From contig NC_068983.1 of assembly GCF_001194135.2 (NCBI RefSeq), positions 113,467,843 to 113,516,863 of the forward strand: a stretch of DNA of 49,021 nt. Reading direction: 5' to 3'. This DNA comes from Octopus bimaculoides (taxonomy: Eukaryota). A program made the translations under genes and the position numbers. Positions 38,192 to 49,021 of the stretch are shown piece by piece (the stretch's first letter is position 1; each line of letters opens with the position of its first letter). The notes under the pieces were generated by a model. It saw nothing but the letters and a program-made list of their open reading frames with translations, made no database searches and was not told the origin of the DNA.

Positions 38192-38480
38192 GTATGTGTG
38201 TGTGTGTTTGTTTGTTTATGTCTGTGCACGTCTGTGTGTGTGTGTGTGTGTTTGTGTGAATGTGTTGTGCGTGTGTCTGTGTATATATTTGTCCTCTAAC
38301 ATCATTTGACAACTGGTGTTTGTTTGTGTACGTTCCCGTAACCAAGTGATTCGGCACAAGGGGGCCTATAGAATAAGCACCAGGCTTTAAAAGAATAAGT
38401 ACTGACATTGATTTATTCGACAAAACTCTTCAAAGCGATATCTCTGCATGACTCCAGTTTAATGAATGAAACAAGTAAAA
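37985..38480 (+). mobile_element. Family C SINE with internal (TA)/(TG) microsatellite
   Basis: GTGGCACCTTGGAAAAGTG...CCGACCAAAG...GATTTGGTATACAGAAACTGAAAGAAGCC and a 3' GAAACAAGTAAAA. Homologous to 31785-32045. A decayed minus-strand piece also lies at about 32400-32570. Confidence 0.8.
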
Positions 38481-39032
38481 CAGAAGATTATAAGACATAT
38501 GTAAATTTAACGTATGAATACACACACTCCCATTCTATAAAAATATGCGTGTGTGCAAGAAATCATGAAGTGCAGGCAAATCCGCGTGAATCATGCGATT
38601 CTTTAAACGTTCTGGCAATACATGGCGTGAATGTGTGATCGCTGTTATTTTTGACCATCAGACAATACCTCCTCGCTTTAGTATATTCATAACTTACGGG
38701 ATTCACCGGCTAACAGGTGTAAGGAATCTTCTAGATACAGAGTTGTTTCTACCTTGTTGTGTGTCTATTTATTCAAAGCTACTCCACGGCCAGATCGGTA
38801 AATATTGTTAGGATCAGCAAACGAATTATCTGCTGGTGTATTTCTACGGCAACGAAAAACAACAGCGATCAGATACTCAAGACCGAATATGCCTGAATGT
38901 ATTAACAATAAATAAATGCGTTATTGTTTAAATTCTCGTGGAATTTAACACATAATACATAATAATTCCCATAAGCAGGAACTCGTGTTCTAGTGACGAG
39001 AGACAACAGTGATCAGTGTGTGTATGTATATA

Positions 39033-39071
<39 letters not shown>

Positions 39072-39489
39072 TAATATTTCTAAGTCTCTCTAAAGGAGAC
39101 TACGGCAGCGGTACTGGAAATTAATAGTTATCGCCAAGCCAACATGGCAGTCCCAAAATTAGGACGAAAGCTGCCGTGAATTAGCTCCAAGAAGCCATCG
39201 CCTCTAGCTAGCTATGTGACACACGAAACCTGTGTCCTTTATAACCTTCGAACAGGGGAGGTCAGCAGTGTCCCCCTGCTGGTTTGGCATCTGCAGACTA
39301 GACTAGTTTCAGGGTGTTGCCCCTTGTCAATGCAGAGTAGCCAAGCAGGAATAAACCTTCATCTGGATATACATGTGGAAATCCGTCAATGTATGCAGAG
39401 TTCATATAAAAGATTTATAACACTAGAATGAACAGACTTTAATCCAAATCGCAGTTGTGTCAGTGAATTAGTAACAGCTGTTAATTTGG

Positions 39490-40350
39490 AGCCACTGTTG
39501 AAACAAATCCAACTGTTGTATTACGGGGACTAAGTACGGGCTTGAAAATAAGCCATACCACTCTTCATCGTGAGTTGAAAAAGCTTGGTAAAGTGTCAAC
39601 GGTTGGAAAATGGGTACCACATGATATCGCTGCAAACACTTGCAAACAACGTTTTGACTACTGTGCATCACTGCGCTCTCATGAATTGCATATTTATTTC
39701 AATAGAGATGAAAAATGGACACTTCACCATAATGTTAAGTAAAGACGTCAGTGAATCAGTCGTAGTGAAGCGCCAGCACAGCAACCCCAAAGTGTCCTCC
39801 ATTCAAGGAAGATTCTTCTGGATATATAGTGGGGCATGTGTGGAATAATTCATCATGAGCTTCTCGAGGATAATCAACCAATAACAGTCGATCTATACTA
39901 TCAACAACTAACACGTTTGAAAGCAGTTTCGCAGTAGAAAGTCCATCGCTAACAAACAGAAAAGGTGTCATCCTTCATCATGAGAACGCTAGAGCTCACA
40001 CTGTACAAAAGACCAATGTTCATCTAGAAAAATATGCCTGAGAAATTATGAATTAGTCACCATGTTCTCCAGACCTTACACCTACAGATTACCATCTCGT
40101 TAGAAGTTTACAAAATAATTTGAGTCATTAAGACTTGCTTCAAGAGTAAAAGTTGAAAATGAATCAATTTCCTTTTTCACTTCTATATCTATAGAATTTC
40201 ATGAACGCAGCCTTAAAAAGCTTATCGACAGATGGAAAAAGGTCAAAGAGAAGAACGATGACTATATTAATGATTAAATAAATCAGATATTGTTTTTTAT
40301 TGTATTAATGGGCCTTAAAAAACGGACAGAACTTTCGTTACAACCTGATA
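39490..40350 (+). mobile_element. 5'-truncated mariner (DD34D) relic with right TIR
   Basis: GKWVPHDI, DEKW, LHHENARAH, SPDLTPTDYHL. Ends ...GAACTTTCGTTACAACCTGA followed by TA (40349-40350). Confidence 0.9.
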
Positions 40351-40910
40351 TCTCCACATATCGTTTACGACCAAAAGTGTAATCTTATAGACAAAAGCGT
40401 ATATGACTAATGATACAAATAATTGTAATACGTATTGGTAGACCTTAAACACAGAGATATGCTCTAACTATCCTCTACGGAACAGGGGCCTCTAAAGAAA
40501 CATTATTTGTAAGGCTCAAAAATGTATGATGGCCTCTCTGAAAACACATATACAACCAGTTCCTTGTTTTAAAGTCAAAGAGAAGAGCTTCACTGCTTTA
40601 CTTTCAAACTTCATCAGCAGCTTCAAGGCTTAGTGCGAGAAGATCCCATTATCGGGGGCAATAATGCAAGAATAAAGAAATACAATAGGCAGAGAAGCAA
40701 GCTGTACGAGATGCTTTCCTGAAGTTTTGAGATTTTTGAAAGGGAGACAGTAATAACTGCCCTACGTTACTGTAATTTTAGATAGTCATTACTATACATA
40801 TAATAAGCTGACTGCCAGCTTTTGTTATTCCTGATTGAAGAAGACAGCTTCGGTTGTACTTTGAAAACAACCTATTAAACACTGCTTCTCACTGATGACT
40901 AGCTTGCAGA

Positions 40911-41570
40911 ATGCGGTCAGGAAGTGAAGACAATCTGGAAGCTCGCTATGCGATAATGTATTGTGTCAAACCGGGCAAAACGCTACCGAAAATTATGAAA
41001 TGCTCCTGACTAGTTATGGATTGAGTTGAATAAACCAGCGTCTACTTTTCGTTGGCACAAGAGCCCAGGCAAAGCAAGTCCATTAGGAAGTTCATGATGA
41101 TCCTTTTTTTCGACAACAAGGGCATCATCTAGATCCCCTGGGTTTCCTCTGACCAGACGGTCAATACAGAGTACTTACTGGAGGTTTTAAGGGGGTTCAG
41201 AGGAAAATATTTTATCGGAAAAGTCCAGAGCACTTGCATCAGGACAATGCACCAGTTCACAGTTCTATCCTATACTTGACAGAAATGAGAATCAAAACTG
41301 TCCTTCACCCTTCCTATAGTCCAGACCTTGCTCCCTGTAACTTTTGGCTGTTCCCCAAGTTGAAAGAGGTGATGGAGACTGTGAAAGTGCTCAGGGACAC
41401 CCTCACTTTGGAGGATTTCCAAGGGGTCTTCACGAAGTAACTGGATCGCTACAATAAATGCATTGAAATCAGAGAATCCTTCTATGAAAAAGAATAGAGT
41501 TTTCCACTTCTTTAAAATTGGTAATTATCTCTCCTGAAAATAATTGTCTCTCCTGTAATGCACCTTGCTT
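40911..41570 (+). mobile_element. Internally deleted mariner relic of a different subfamily
   Basis: MRSGSEDNLEARYAIMYCVKPGKT joined to ARQSKSIRKFMMILFFDNKGI, then HQDNAPVH and YSPDLAPCNFWLFPKLK. The WVPHEL motif and the first catalytic D region are missing. Confidence 0.9.
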
Positions 41571-42249
41571 ATATTTAATTGATTGCATATTTTTTTTAAT
41601 GCATGAGAAGGAGCATGTGGAAAAATTCTTGAAGCGATTTATCTTCATTTATACTATATTTTGAAATTGTTCTGCTTCGCATCTTGCGTATTTGATCGAC
41701 TGTGTATTTTTAATTACATTTCAGTTTTCGAAGATAGTAAATATTTTACTAAGAAAATCCGATGAAATCTCTTTGTTATTTCAAATTGATTTCATTTATT
41801 GAACAGTTCATTTTATTCCATCTTTGATATATTGTTTATTATAATTGTATTTTAAGGAATCCATTTCAACTAAACAAAATAATTTTTCGTGCGGAGTAAT
41901 ATTGTTTATCAGCATCAAAATATCAAAAGTAAATCCAGTACAGAATTATGCAGGTATATATATGATACAGTTATATCTATACTTTACTTCTACACACATA
42001 CACATGCATATACAATTATATATATGTACGTATACATACATATATAAACGTGTACGTATATGTGTGTGTGTATATGTGTGTATACATATATATATTTGGT
42101 AAAAGAAACAGAGTGACTCAAGGATGGAGCATTTCGTGCGTTAACACTTATATATATATATATAGATAGATGTGTGTGTGTGTGTCTGTGTGTGAGTTTA
42201 TGTGTGTATTTGTATCTGTGTGTCTACGTGTGTGTGTGTCTGTGTGTCT

Positions 42250-42283
<34 letters not shown>

Positions 42284-42320
42284 TTGTGTCTGCGTGCGTG
42301 AAAACTCATACACACAAATA

Positions 42321-43293
42321 TTATTTTGTCAGCCAAATTCGTTCGTTTCTTTTGCATTATATTTTAATCCTTATATTTCATTCAACGATTTTGACAAATG
42401 TTTTAGTAATATGCTCTACATTGTTCACTTGCAAACATTCCACTATCTGGCCAATGATTTAACAGTTGACATCACCTAGTTTTGACTCGAAGAATTCATC
42501 TTTAGTCGTCCATGTGTGCAACAATGAAGGCAGTGTCTTGAGACAAGTAGTCGCCTATTCTCTGACAGTGGCAACAAGGCTGGATTTCTTCAGGCATCAG
42601 GAAGAGTTTGGGGAAACTCTTTTTTAGTTCCAAGTTGTCTTTGAACGAAAAGGCCTCGCTGACAGTTGAAAAGCGACCAAAAATGTCATATTCTGAAGGC
42701 GCTATATCAAGAGAATATGGTAGGTGCCGGAAAAACTTCCCAAGTGCGTTCTTGAATAGCATTTTGGGTTCAATTAGACGTGTGGGGCAGGTCACATCGG
42801 GTGAAGGTGACAAGTGACGGTGTTGAAAGAGCATCCCATCTTCTGGGCCAATTCCCTAGTCGATACGCGGAGATCCATGTGGATGAGCTCGTTGTATCAA
42901 CCCCCTTTGAAACGGGCAGGTCTTTTGGAACGCGAAGAGTCTTTAAGGTAGAACTTCCCGTCTTTGGTGAGTAAAAACTATTTGTGTGCAATTCTTTTAG
43001 TAATAGCGCCTTATGCATACACAGCACAAATGTCTCGAACAGCTTTGTCAGCTTCGGAACCTTAACTGCAAGAGAAGAGAAAATGTTCTTTTTTTTTTTT
43101 TTCAATTTGACACTCCATCGTCATACGACTGAAAAAGGGGAAAATTTATACAAATTTCAAATACGATAAAGACAAGTTGTTGCAAAGGGAAAAATAGAGA
43201 GTCAAAACACCATAAAGCACTACGATAAAAACATTTATCGTGTTTATTTAAATAACAGTGGAAAGAAACGAACGAATTTATCTGACAACACAA
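42321..43293 (-). mobile_element. Internally deleted mariner with both TIRs and TA target duplication
   Basis: 32-bp TIRs match at 28/32 (TTATTTTGTCAGCCAAATTCGTTCGTTTCTTT versus TTGTGTTGTCAGATAAATTCGTTCGTTTCTTT). KAVRDICAVY..AITKRIAHK, PYSLDIAPSEYDIF, DEFFESKLGD. Carries a 113-bp insert at 42499-42611. Confidence 0.92.
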
Positions 43294-44321
43294 TACAGAT
43301 TGTGTATCCTAATCAGTATAAGGGTTTTTAAGTATGATTGAGAAAACATGCAGATGTATAGAACCCCAGACTGACCTTACTGCTCGATTAAGTGTACAGA
43401 AACCAAAGATTTAAAATGAATAGTACTGTCTATTAAATGCTTCTCAAACATACACACAATACCCATCTCACTGAATATACGATAAAGAAATCGGGGTTTG
43501 CAGATATGGATTTTAAACCTATACGTAAATGTATAATATCGTGTAAAAAGTTCATTCTTTTGCCAAGTACATTCTCCGCCTTCATTAACATAATGCAAAT
43601 CATAAATATTGAAACTGAATGCAAAATTCTCAAGCTGTTCATGTTCTAATTGTGAGACACGCCTCCTAATGGTGATACCCGCCCAACGCCTACTTACTTT
43701 CGTGTACTTGGAGTAGAGGGGTGTGGAATGTTTGCGGATGCAACAATATTTCTTCTTTGCAACGAACGAATGACACAATTTAATTATATAATGCTATTTT
43801 ATTGTGTATGATAGCTTTATGTAGTTTAAAGGATGAAAATCAGCACTGAAATTTAATTTCAAAGTGATATGAACATAATGCAAAAAAAAAAAATTGGCGT
43901 TCAATATACTGACTTCAAAATATATAAATATGACAAATTGGAAAATTTTAGATTATAGTATGCAAAGTATCTATGCATTTACATGTAATTTCAATCAAAT
44001 ATTTCCGTTAGCTACCATTGCCGTTTATATGTTATATGTTTATAATGTAAGTTCTTATGTCGGCACCAGTTAATCCTTAAGCCTTTAAAATAATTTGTGG
44101 GATGTGGATCAATGCAGTTGCCATAAGGAGTAGAAACTTTGATGTGTCGAATCTTGCCCTTGAACAGAATGTACAACAGTAAGGGTTGTTAGTCTGGTGA
44201 AATGAAAGCACAGCTGTTCTTAGTATTTTTGACGCCAGTTCGAACTGCGGATCAAGCAAACATTACTGATGCATTTCACATGGAGAGTAGAAAAAGTTGT
44301 TTAAAAGTTGATTTAGAAAAA

Positions 44322-44422
44322 ATATCAAACATATATGGATATCAAACATATATGGATATCAAACATATATGGATATCAAACATATATGGATATCAAACAT
44401 ATATGGATATCAAGCATATATA
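44322..44422 (+). repeat. 17-bp minisatellite (ATATCAAACATATATGG) x5 plus a partial unit
   Basis: Five exact units. Confidence 0.95.
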
Positions 44423-45177
44423 TCATACATAGGAGAATTATGAATAGCACACTTTTCAAGATGTTCAAGAACTAGAACAGATTATATCCTTAAAAGTCCG
44501 CCTGCGAAATTTTTCCGCGAGAGTTCCTGACCCCAGTAATGAACTCATTTGCATATCAGCCAATCAGAGCAAAGCCACTTTTATCCTTTCTTTCTTTCTA
44601 GTCAGCGCTGTGCATTCCATACTCTTTCCCTCTCTACTTGCAGACAGAAACTTCTCTATCCTCTAACTACCTTGTCGGGCGAACGAATAAATATATATGT
44701 AAATGATATTTTTTCCTACTTGGTGTTAATCCTTCGATGTTCACTGGTTACTATGACGTTGGCACAATAATGCATTTGCCAAAACTGAATTGCTGGAGTT
44801 ATTTCATTTTTTCCAGAAAATTGTTTTTAAAAAGTTATAGAGGTTTAAAGTTTGATCATTTTCACCCAGTCAGGGAACAGGATTTGGAAGCTCCCACTCT
44901 CACTCTCTTCCTCTCTCTCACTCTCACACATACACACACACACAAACACACACACGCACATACACGCGTTCAGGCACGCACAGATGCACACACATACACA
45001 CATACATATGTTAGAAGAAGTTACTTATTTTCTTCCTTATTCTCTCCGACTAATGTAACCTTACTTAGTGGCGGAAATTTAAATGCACATGGCAAAGCCT
45101 CACTTTGAAATAAGGTCACCCACTGAAGGAGCTCAAATCCCAAGGTATATAAATACGGTAGTATTCAGTGAGTTTAG

Positions 45178-45435
45178 GACTACCGACTTGCATACACTGG
45201 ATCCTATTGTTTTACCGTTAGGAGATATGAGGATGAATTGATCCGGAAAGGTCTGGACTTCCGGGTACGGCCATTCTTCCTGAAGACGGATGGCAAGTCT
45301 TTAGTTCTCCATGTGTGCAACAAGGAAGGCGGTGTCTTGAGACAAGTAGTCGCCTATTCTCTGACAGTGGAAGCAAGGTTGGATTTATTCAGGCATCAGG
45401 AAGAGTTTGGAGGAATGCTCTGTTATTTACAATGA
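45178..45435 (+). other. GC-richer, coding-like segment of an unclassified repeat (85 open codons)
   Basis: Open frame DYRLAYTGSYCFTVRRYEDELIRKGLDF...RHQEEFGGMLCYLQ*. Its 45298-45410 part is duplicated at 42499-42611. No family recognised. Confidence 0.3.
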
Positions 45436-45856
45436 ATGAGAAACCAGAACGGTATCTTAGACACAAGACTGAGATATGTAAGGCAGGTTCATAGTAGTTG
45501 AGATATAAAACACTCACAGACATTCTCACACGTTTCCATATATCTCATAGGTACCGATTGGATTGCTTGAACATACCAATATGAGCATGGAATAACAGAT
45601 CACAAAGCTGTAGTCCTGTCGGTCTAGTTTGATAAAATTCGTTAACTCAACAAATGAAAGATGAATGCACCGTTCCCGGCACGTAAAAACTACAGAGACC
45701 GGCTTAGAATTTTAATTATGGGACAGCTGAAAGGGTCAATCGTCAACAAAAGGTGATGGTGCACTTTGCAAAGAGCGATTGCAGTAAAATCAGTAAGTTA
45801 GAGCAAAGAGACAGCGATAAAGAGAAAAGATTACAGCATGAATTATTAATTTAGAA

Positions 45857-45890
45857 CAGCGGTTCTCAAAGGGGGCCATTTGGAGCTTGA
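45857..45890 (+). mobile_element. hAT (Charlie/Buster) TIR fragment
   Basis: CAGCGGTTCTCAAA preceded by ATTTAGAA, which fits the central-TA 8-bp target preference. Confidence 0.5.
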
Positions 45891-45894
45891 GGAG

Positions 45895-46178
45895 GGCGTT
45901 TTGATTTCAATTCCTAGACTGGGTGGTGTGTTGTGTTCTTGAGCAAAACACTTCATCCCACGTTGTTCTGCGATCACTTCGACATCTGGCCTATGGCACA
46001 CCGTGCACCTGTTCAGAAAACGTCGAATTGTTGACCTGAGTGAGCTAATGTGCGGCATGAACATTTGATCACTATAAACAAACCATTTCGGCAAAAGCTG
46101 AACGCTCATACGTCGCCTTCGACGAGTCAGTCCATTATTATTATTATTATTATCATTACCATTATAATAATAATAATA

Positions 46179-46220
<42 letters not shown>

Positions 46221-46745
46221 GAGAGAGAACTGCATACGCCATCAAAGTGACACTGGGGTACAATGATACGAAGCGCAATATACATGACTACCCGTCTGAT
46301 AAGGACACCCTAGGCACATGCAACACAATCATGTGTATGTGACACGCTGACCTCATATCAATAGAAACAGCACATGACCTTGCAGCTGCGGCCCACTTAG
46401 AATTTTCTTCAAGCCAAGTAGCCCATCTCGCTCAAAGGGTGTCTAACTATCGGTGTTTAACGATGATGAACGAAACACCCATATTTCCAGTCGTGGATTA
46501 TTCAAACTCCAAAGAATCCTTCTCTCTCAACACATGACTCTGATGCTCCCCCTCTACTCTTGCACAGATCGTCAGGCAAGGGACATGTTCAAGTGGCAAA
46601 TGACAAAGCAATCTGAGATATTAAACAGAATGTTTACTGTAGTCAATCTTTTCCACCAAGACAAAACATGTACAAGGTAACACTTCTAATCAGTTAGCAT
46701 CAAAAGCCATGTGACCCAGTACCTGGTGTTGTATCAGGGCATTAA
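45895..46745. mobile_element. Two abutting SINE-like elements sharing an (ATT)n tract (about 45895-46135 on +, about 46220-46745 on -)
   Basis: B-box remnant and TTGAGCAAAACACTT motif on +. The GC-richer minus-strand body ends in the (TAA)n tail. Family not assigned. Confidence 0.5.
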
Positions 46746-48350
46746 TATTATGCTTCCAATATTACTACACGTGATCTTACTTCGCTTCACTTCACTCCAT
46801 TGTGTATAATCATTACCATGAAACCCCGTGACATTGTTTATCTATTCTACACTTACTAAGCTTAGTTTTCTGGAATTGTTTTTAACATTACGTCTACTAT
46901 GAAATTCATGATACAAGATCTTTGTAACATGTGATGCAGTATTTTTTTATGACTCTCACGCCTTGAGTTCAAATCTCGTGTGCTCAACTTGCCTTTCCTC
47001 TAATTAATTATACTAATGAATATAATCAGCAACATCACTGTCCAAAATGTGCTTTTCTACCTAGATATAATCGAGTATGCCCTTCCCCAAATAATATACG
47101 TTCTTATATCTACATGAGAAATCAATCTTTATTTTATCCTATGAGGAACAGTGTAGTGGCAGAAGAGAAACAATGCGTATTCAAACTAAATTCTTATATG
47201 TATTTAATTTCATTTCTCTATACTCTGAGTAAAAATTCCAATTATGTTTAATTAGCCGCCAGTTCTGAGTCTCCAAAATACATTCTTGTGATACACTAGT
47301 TTTTATTGAAGAATCTATTTACTGGCCTAAATACAAAATAGAAATCAATACTATTTATTTTAGAACTTTAGATTACAGAATAGATAGAGTAGCGGACCAC
47401 ATGACTACGTTTATTAACGTTTGAATTCAAATTTACCCTGAGTTTACACTGCTTTTATCCTTCAGTTCCCGATAAAATAAGTACCGGTCAAGTGTGGGGT
47501 AGATCTAATCGACAATACCCTCTCCTCCAAAGAAAGTTTGGGGCCAATATCTATATTAGAATTCATTATTTAATTCACAGAAATGTCATAAGCATATCCT
47601 AGTAACAAACTACGAAACATTCCATGAATACAGTGGTATTTGTTATATAGGGCACGGAATGAAGAGCAAGAGGCATTCTTATTATTGCAGATGCTGTTTA
47701 ACCCTCGAGTTGCCACTAATCCAGAAGACTATACGATTAGAGCTGTTTCAGTCAGAATAATCATTACTTTCTCTATACCCAAGGCAACATTAACCAATGA
47801 GTCATTCATTTTGAATAGACATTAGTTTGTCGTTTGTGAGAGAGATCACTGCTATGTGTTACAGGTAGAATGACCAATAAGGGAGCCTCCGTTAAGAGTT
47901 GACTGGTCGAAGGTCTACCAGTTTTAGGTCAATTACCCTTGGTGGCACATGTGCCTTATCCTGACCAATCAGAAACAGCTACGCAGGTATCTTCCTTTAA
48001 ATCCCCAACATAAAACAAAAATTCAGTATCCCAATCTTCCCAAGTGCTTTGCTTATAGCTACGCTGCAGCTGTTATGGGATTAAAAACAAGGCCTACGAC
48101 ACAAGGAAAGTTTCACTCAGCCCTCAGAACTGGAAAACCTTCAACGAGTAGTGCAACTCTTGTATGAGCAATATCTGGAGTGCAAACTATGGTTTTGTGC
48201 ATGCTCGGCCTTGAAGCTTTCTCGTCTATCTCACTTCTCCTATAGGGAGCTTTATTACTAATTGCATGCATATCGTCATTTGATCAGAGTTTTTGAACGC
48301 AATATATGAGGTTATACGTACGTACATGCATACGCATATTGGGAAAGAGA

Positions 48351-48598
48351 CAGACAGATATACAAACAGACAGATATACAAACAGACAGATATACAAACA
48401 GACAGATATACAAACAGACAGATATACAAACAGACAGATATACAAACAGACAGATATACAAACAGACAGATATACAAACAGACAGATATACAAACAGACA
48501 GATATAAAAACAGACAGATATACAAACAGACAGATATACAAACAGACAGATATACAAACAGACAGATATACAAACAGACAGATATACAAACAGACAGA
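48351..48598 (+). repeat. 16-bp minisatellite (CAGACAGATATACAAA) x~15.5
   Basis: Near-perfect array with one C>A variant unit. It explains the periodic ORFs at 48226-48665. Confidence 0.97.
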
Positions 48599-49021
48599 TG
48601 TACACAGACACCTGCCGTTTAATCATTTTGAGCAGCAAAATAAATTGCTTCATTTTATACAATGAAATCTCGTATATTTCAAAAAGTTCAAGTCATTATT
48701 TTCAATCCTTTTTTTTTTATGTCTAGATAACGAGCATCATCCAGGCATAAATTAATAAGCCTAGCAACCGAACAAAATGGGATGCAATATTTCAAATTTA
48801 AGAGCGCATGTAATGAGCAAAAAGACTGGAAAATGTACAATTGAATATGCTTTCTGTCTTTTTCCATTCATACATAAGTGGGTTTTCCTTTCATTACGAG
48901 AACAGAGCTGTAACGATGATGCAGCGTAAATGTCCAATGGATTGAATATATCTTCTCAAATAAAAACCATTTAAGGAGCAGTTACAGAATATTTCCGAAA
49001 TATCTAGTCAAGACATATATA

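Noticed and set aside
39140-39180. CATGGCAG-TCCC...GGAC-GAAA-GCTGCCGTG hairpin resembling hammerhead stem II or an HDV-like fold
   Set aside because: There is no CUGANGA upstream, and only about 20 nt lie between the paired strands, too short for an HDV double pseudoknot.
42499-42611. Minus-frame C(C/F)HCQRIGDYLSQD as a CCHC zinc knuckle
   Set aside because: Both copies have D at the His and final Cys positions, and that frame has stops in the 45.3-kb copy.
42770-43085. Strong-looking minus-strand acceptor (TTTTCTCTTCTCTTGCAG) followed by a 98-codon open frame
   Set aside because: It lies between the mariner TIRs, and another frame gives the transposase HTH (KAVRDICAVY...AITKRIAHK). It is transposon sequence, although exonisation cannot be excluded.
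44322-44422. CRISPR-like array interpretation of the tandem repeats
   Set aside because: Head-to-tail units with no unique spacers, no cas genes, and a eukaryotic context.
48226-48665. Long periodic ORFs on both strands; also the 44202-44432 ORF and all HT/VC/YI/ER-rich ORFs
   Set aside because: These are translations of the 16-bp and 17-bp minisatellites or of di- and trinucleotide microsatellites.

Overview
AT-rich, microsatellite-dense animal genomic DNA with three assembly gaps (5213-5369, 6497-6586, 30478-31268). The SINE families and repeat style suggest an octopus or other coleoid cephalopod; this is inference and was not checked by search. I cannot identify any intact cellular protein-coding gene: almost all ORFs in the track are microsatellite or transposon-decay artefacts, so the window is probably intergenic or inside a long intron. 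It holds several tRNA-derived SINE families, at least five Tc1/mariner relics clustered at 35.7-43.3 kb, a Tigger/pogo relic, a Helitron relic with STPR repeats, hAT termini and decayed LINE/Penelope pieces. The two most interesting signals are as follows. (1) Hammerhead-ribozyme motifs on the minus strand at 1049-1129 and 6210-6289, plus a 150-bp fold-back palindrome built from the 3' half of the same ribozyme motif at 13023-13172. (2) A ~1.9-kb single-ORF L1/Tx1-like element at 29884-31784, inserted with a 15-bp target duplication into the tRNA-like head of a SINE; it is a candidate SINE- or tRNA-targeting, ORF1-only retroelement.
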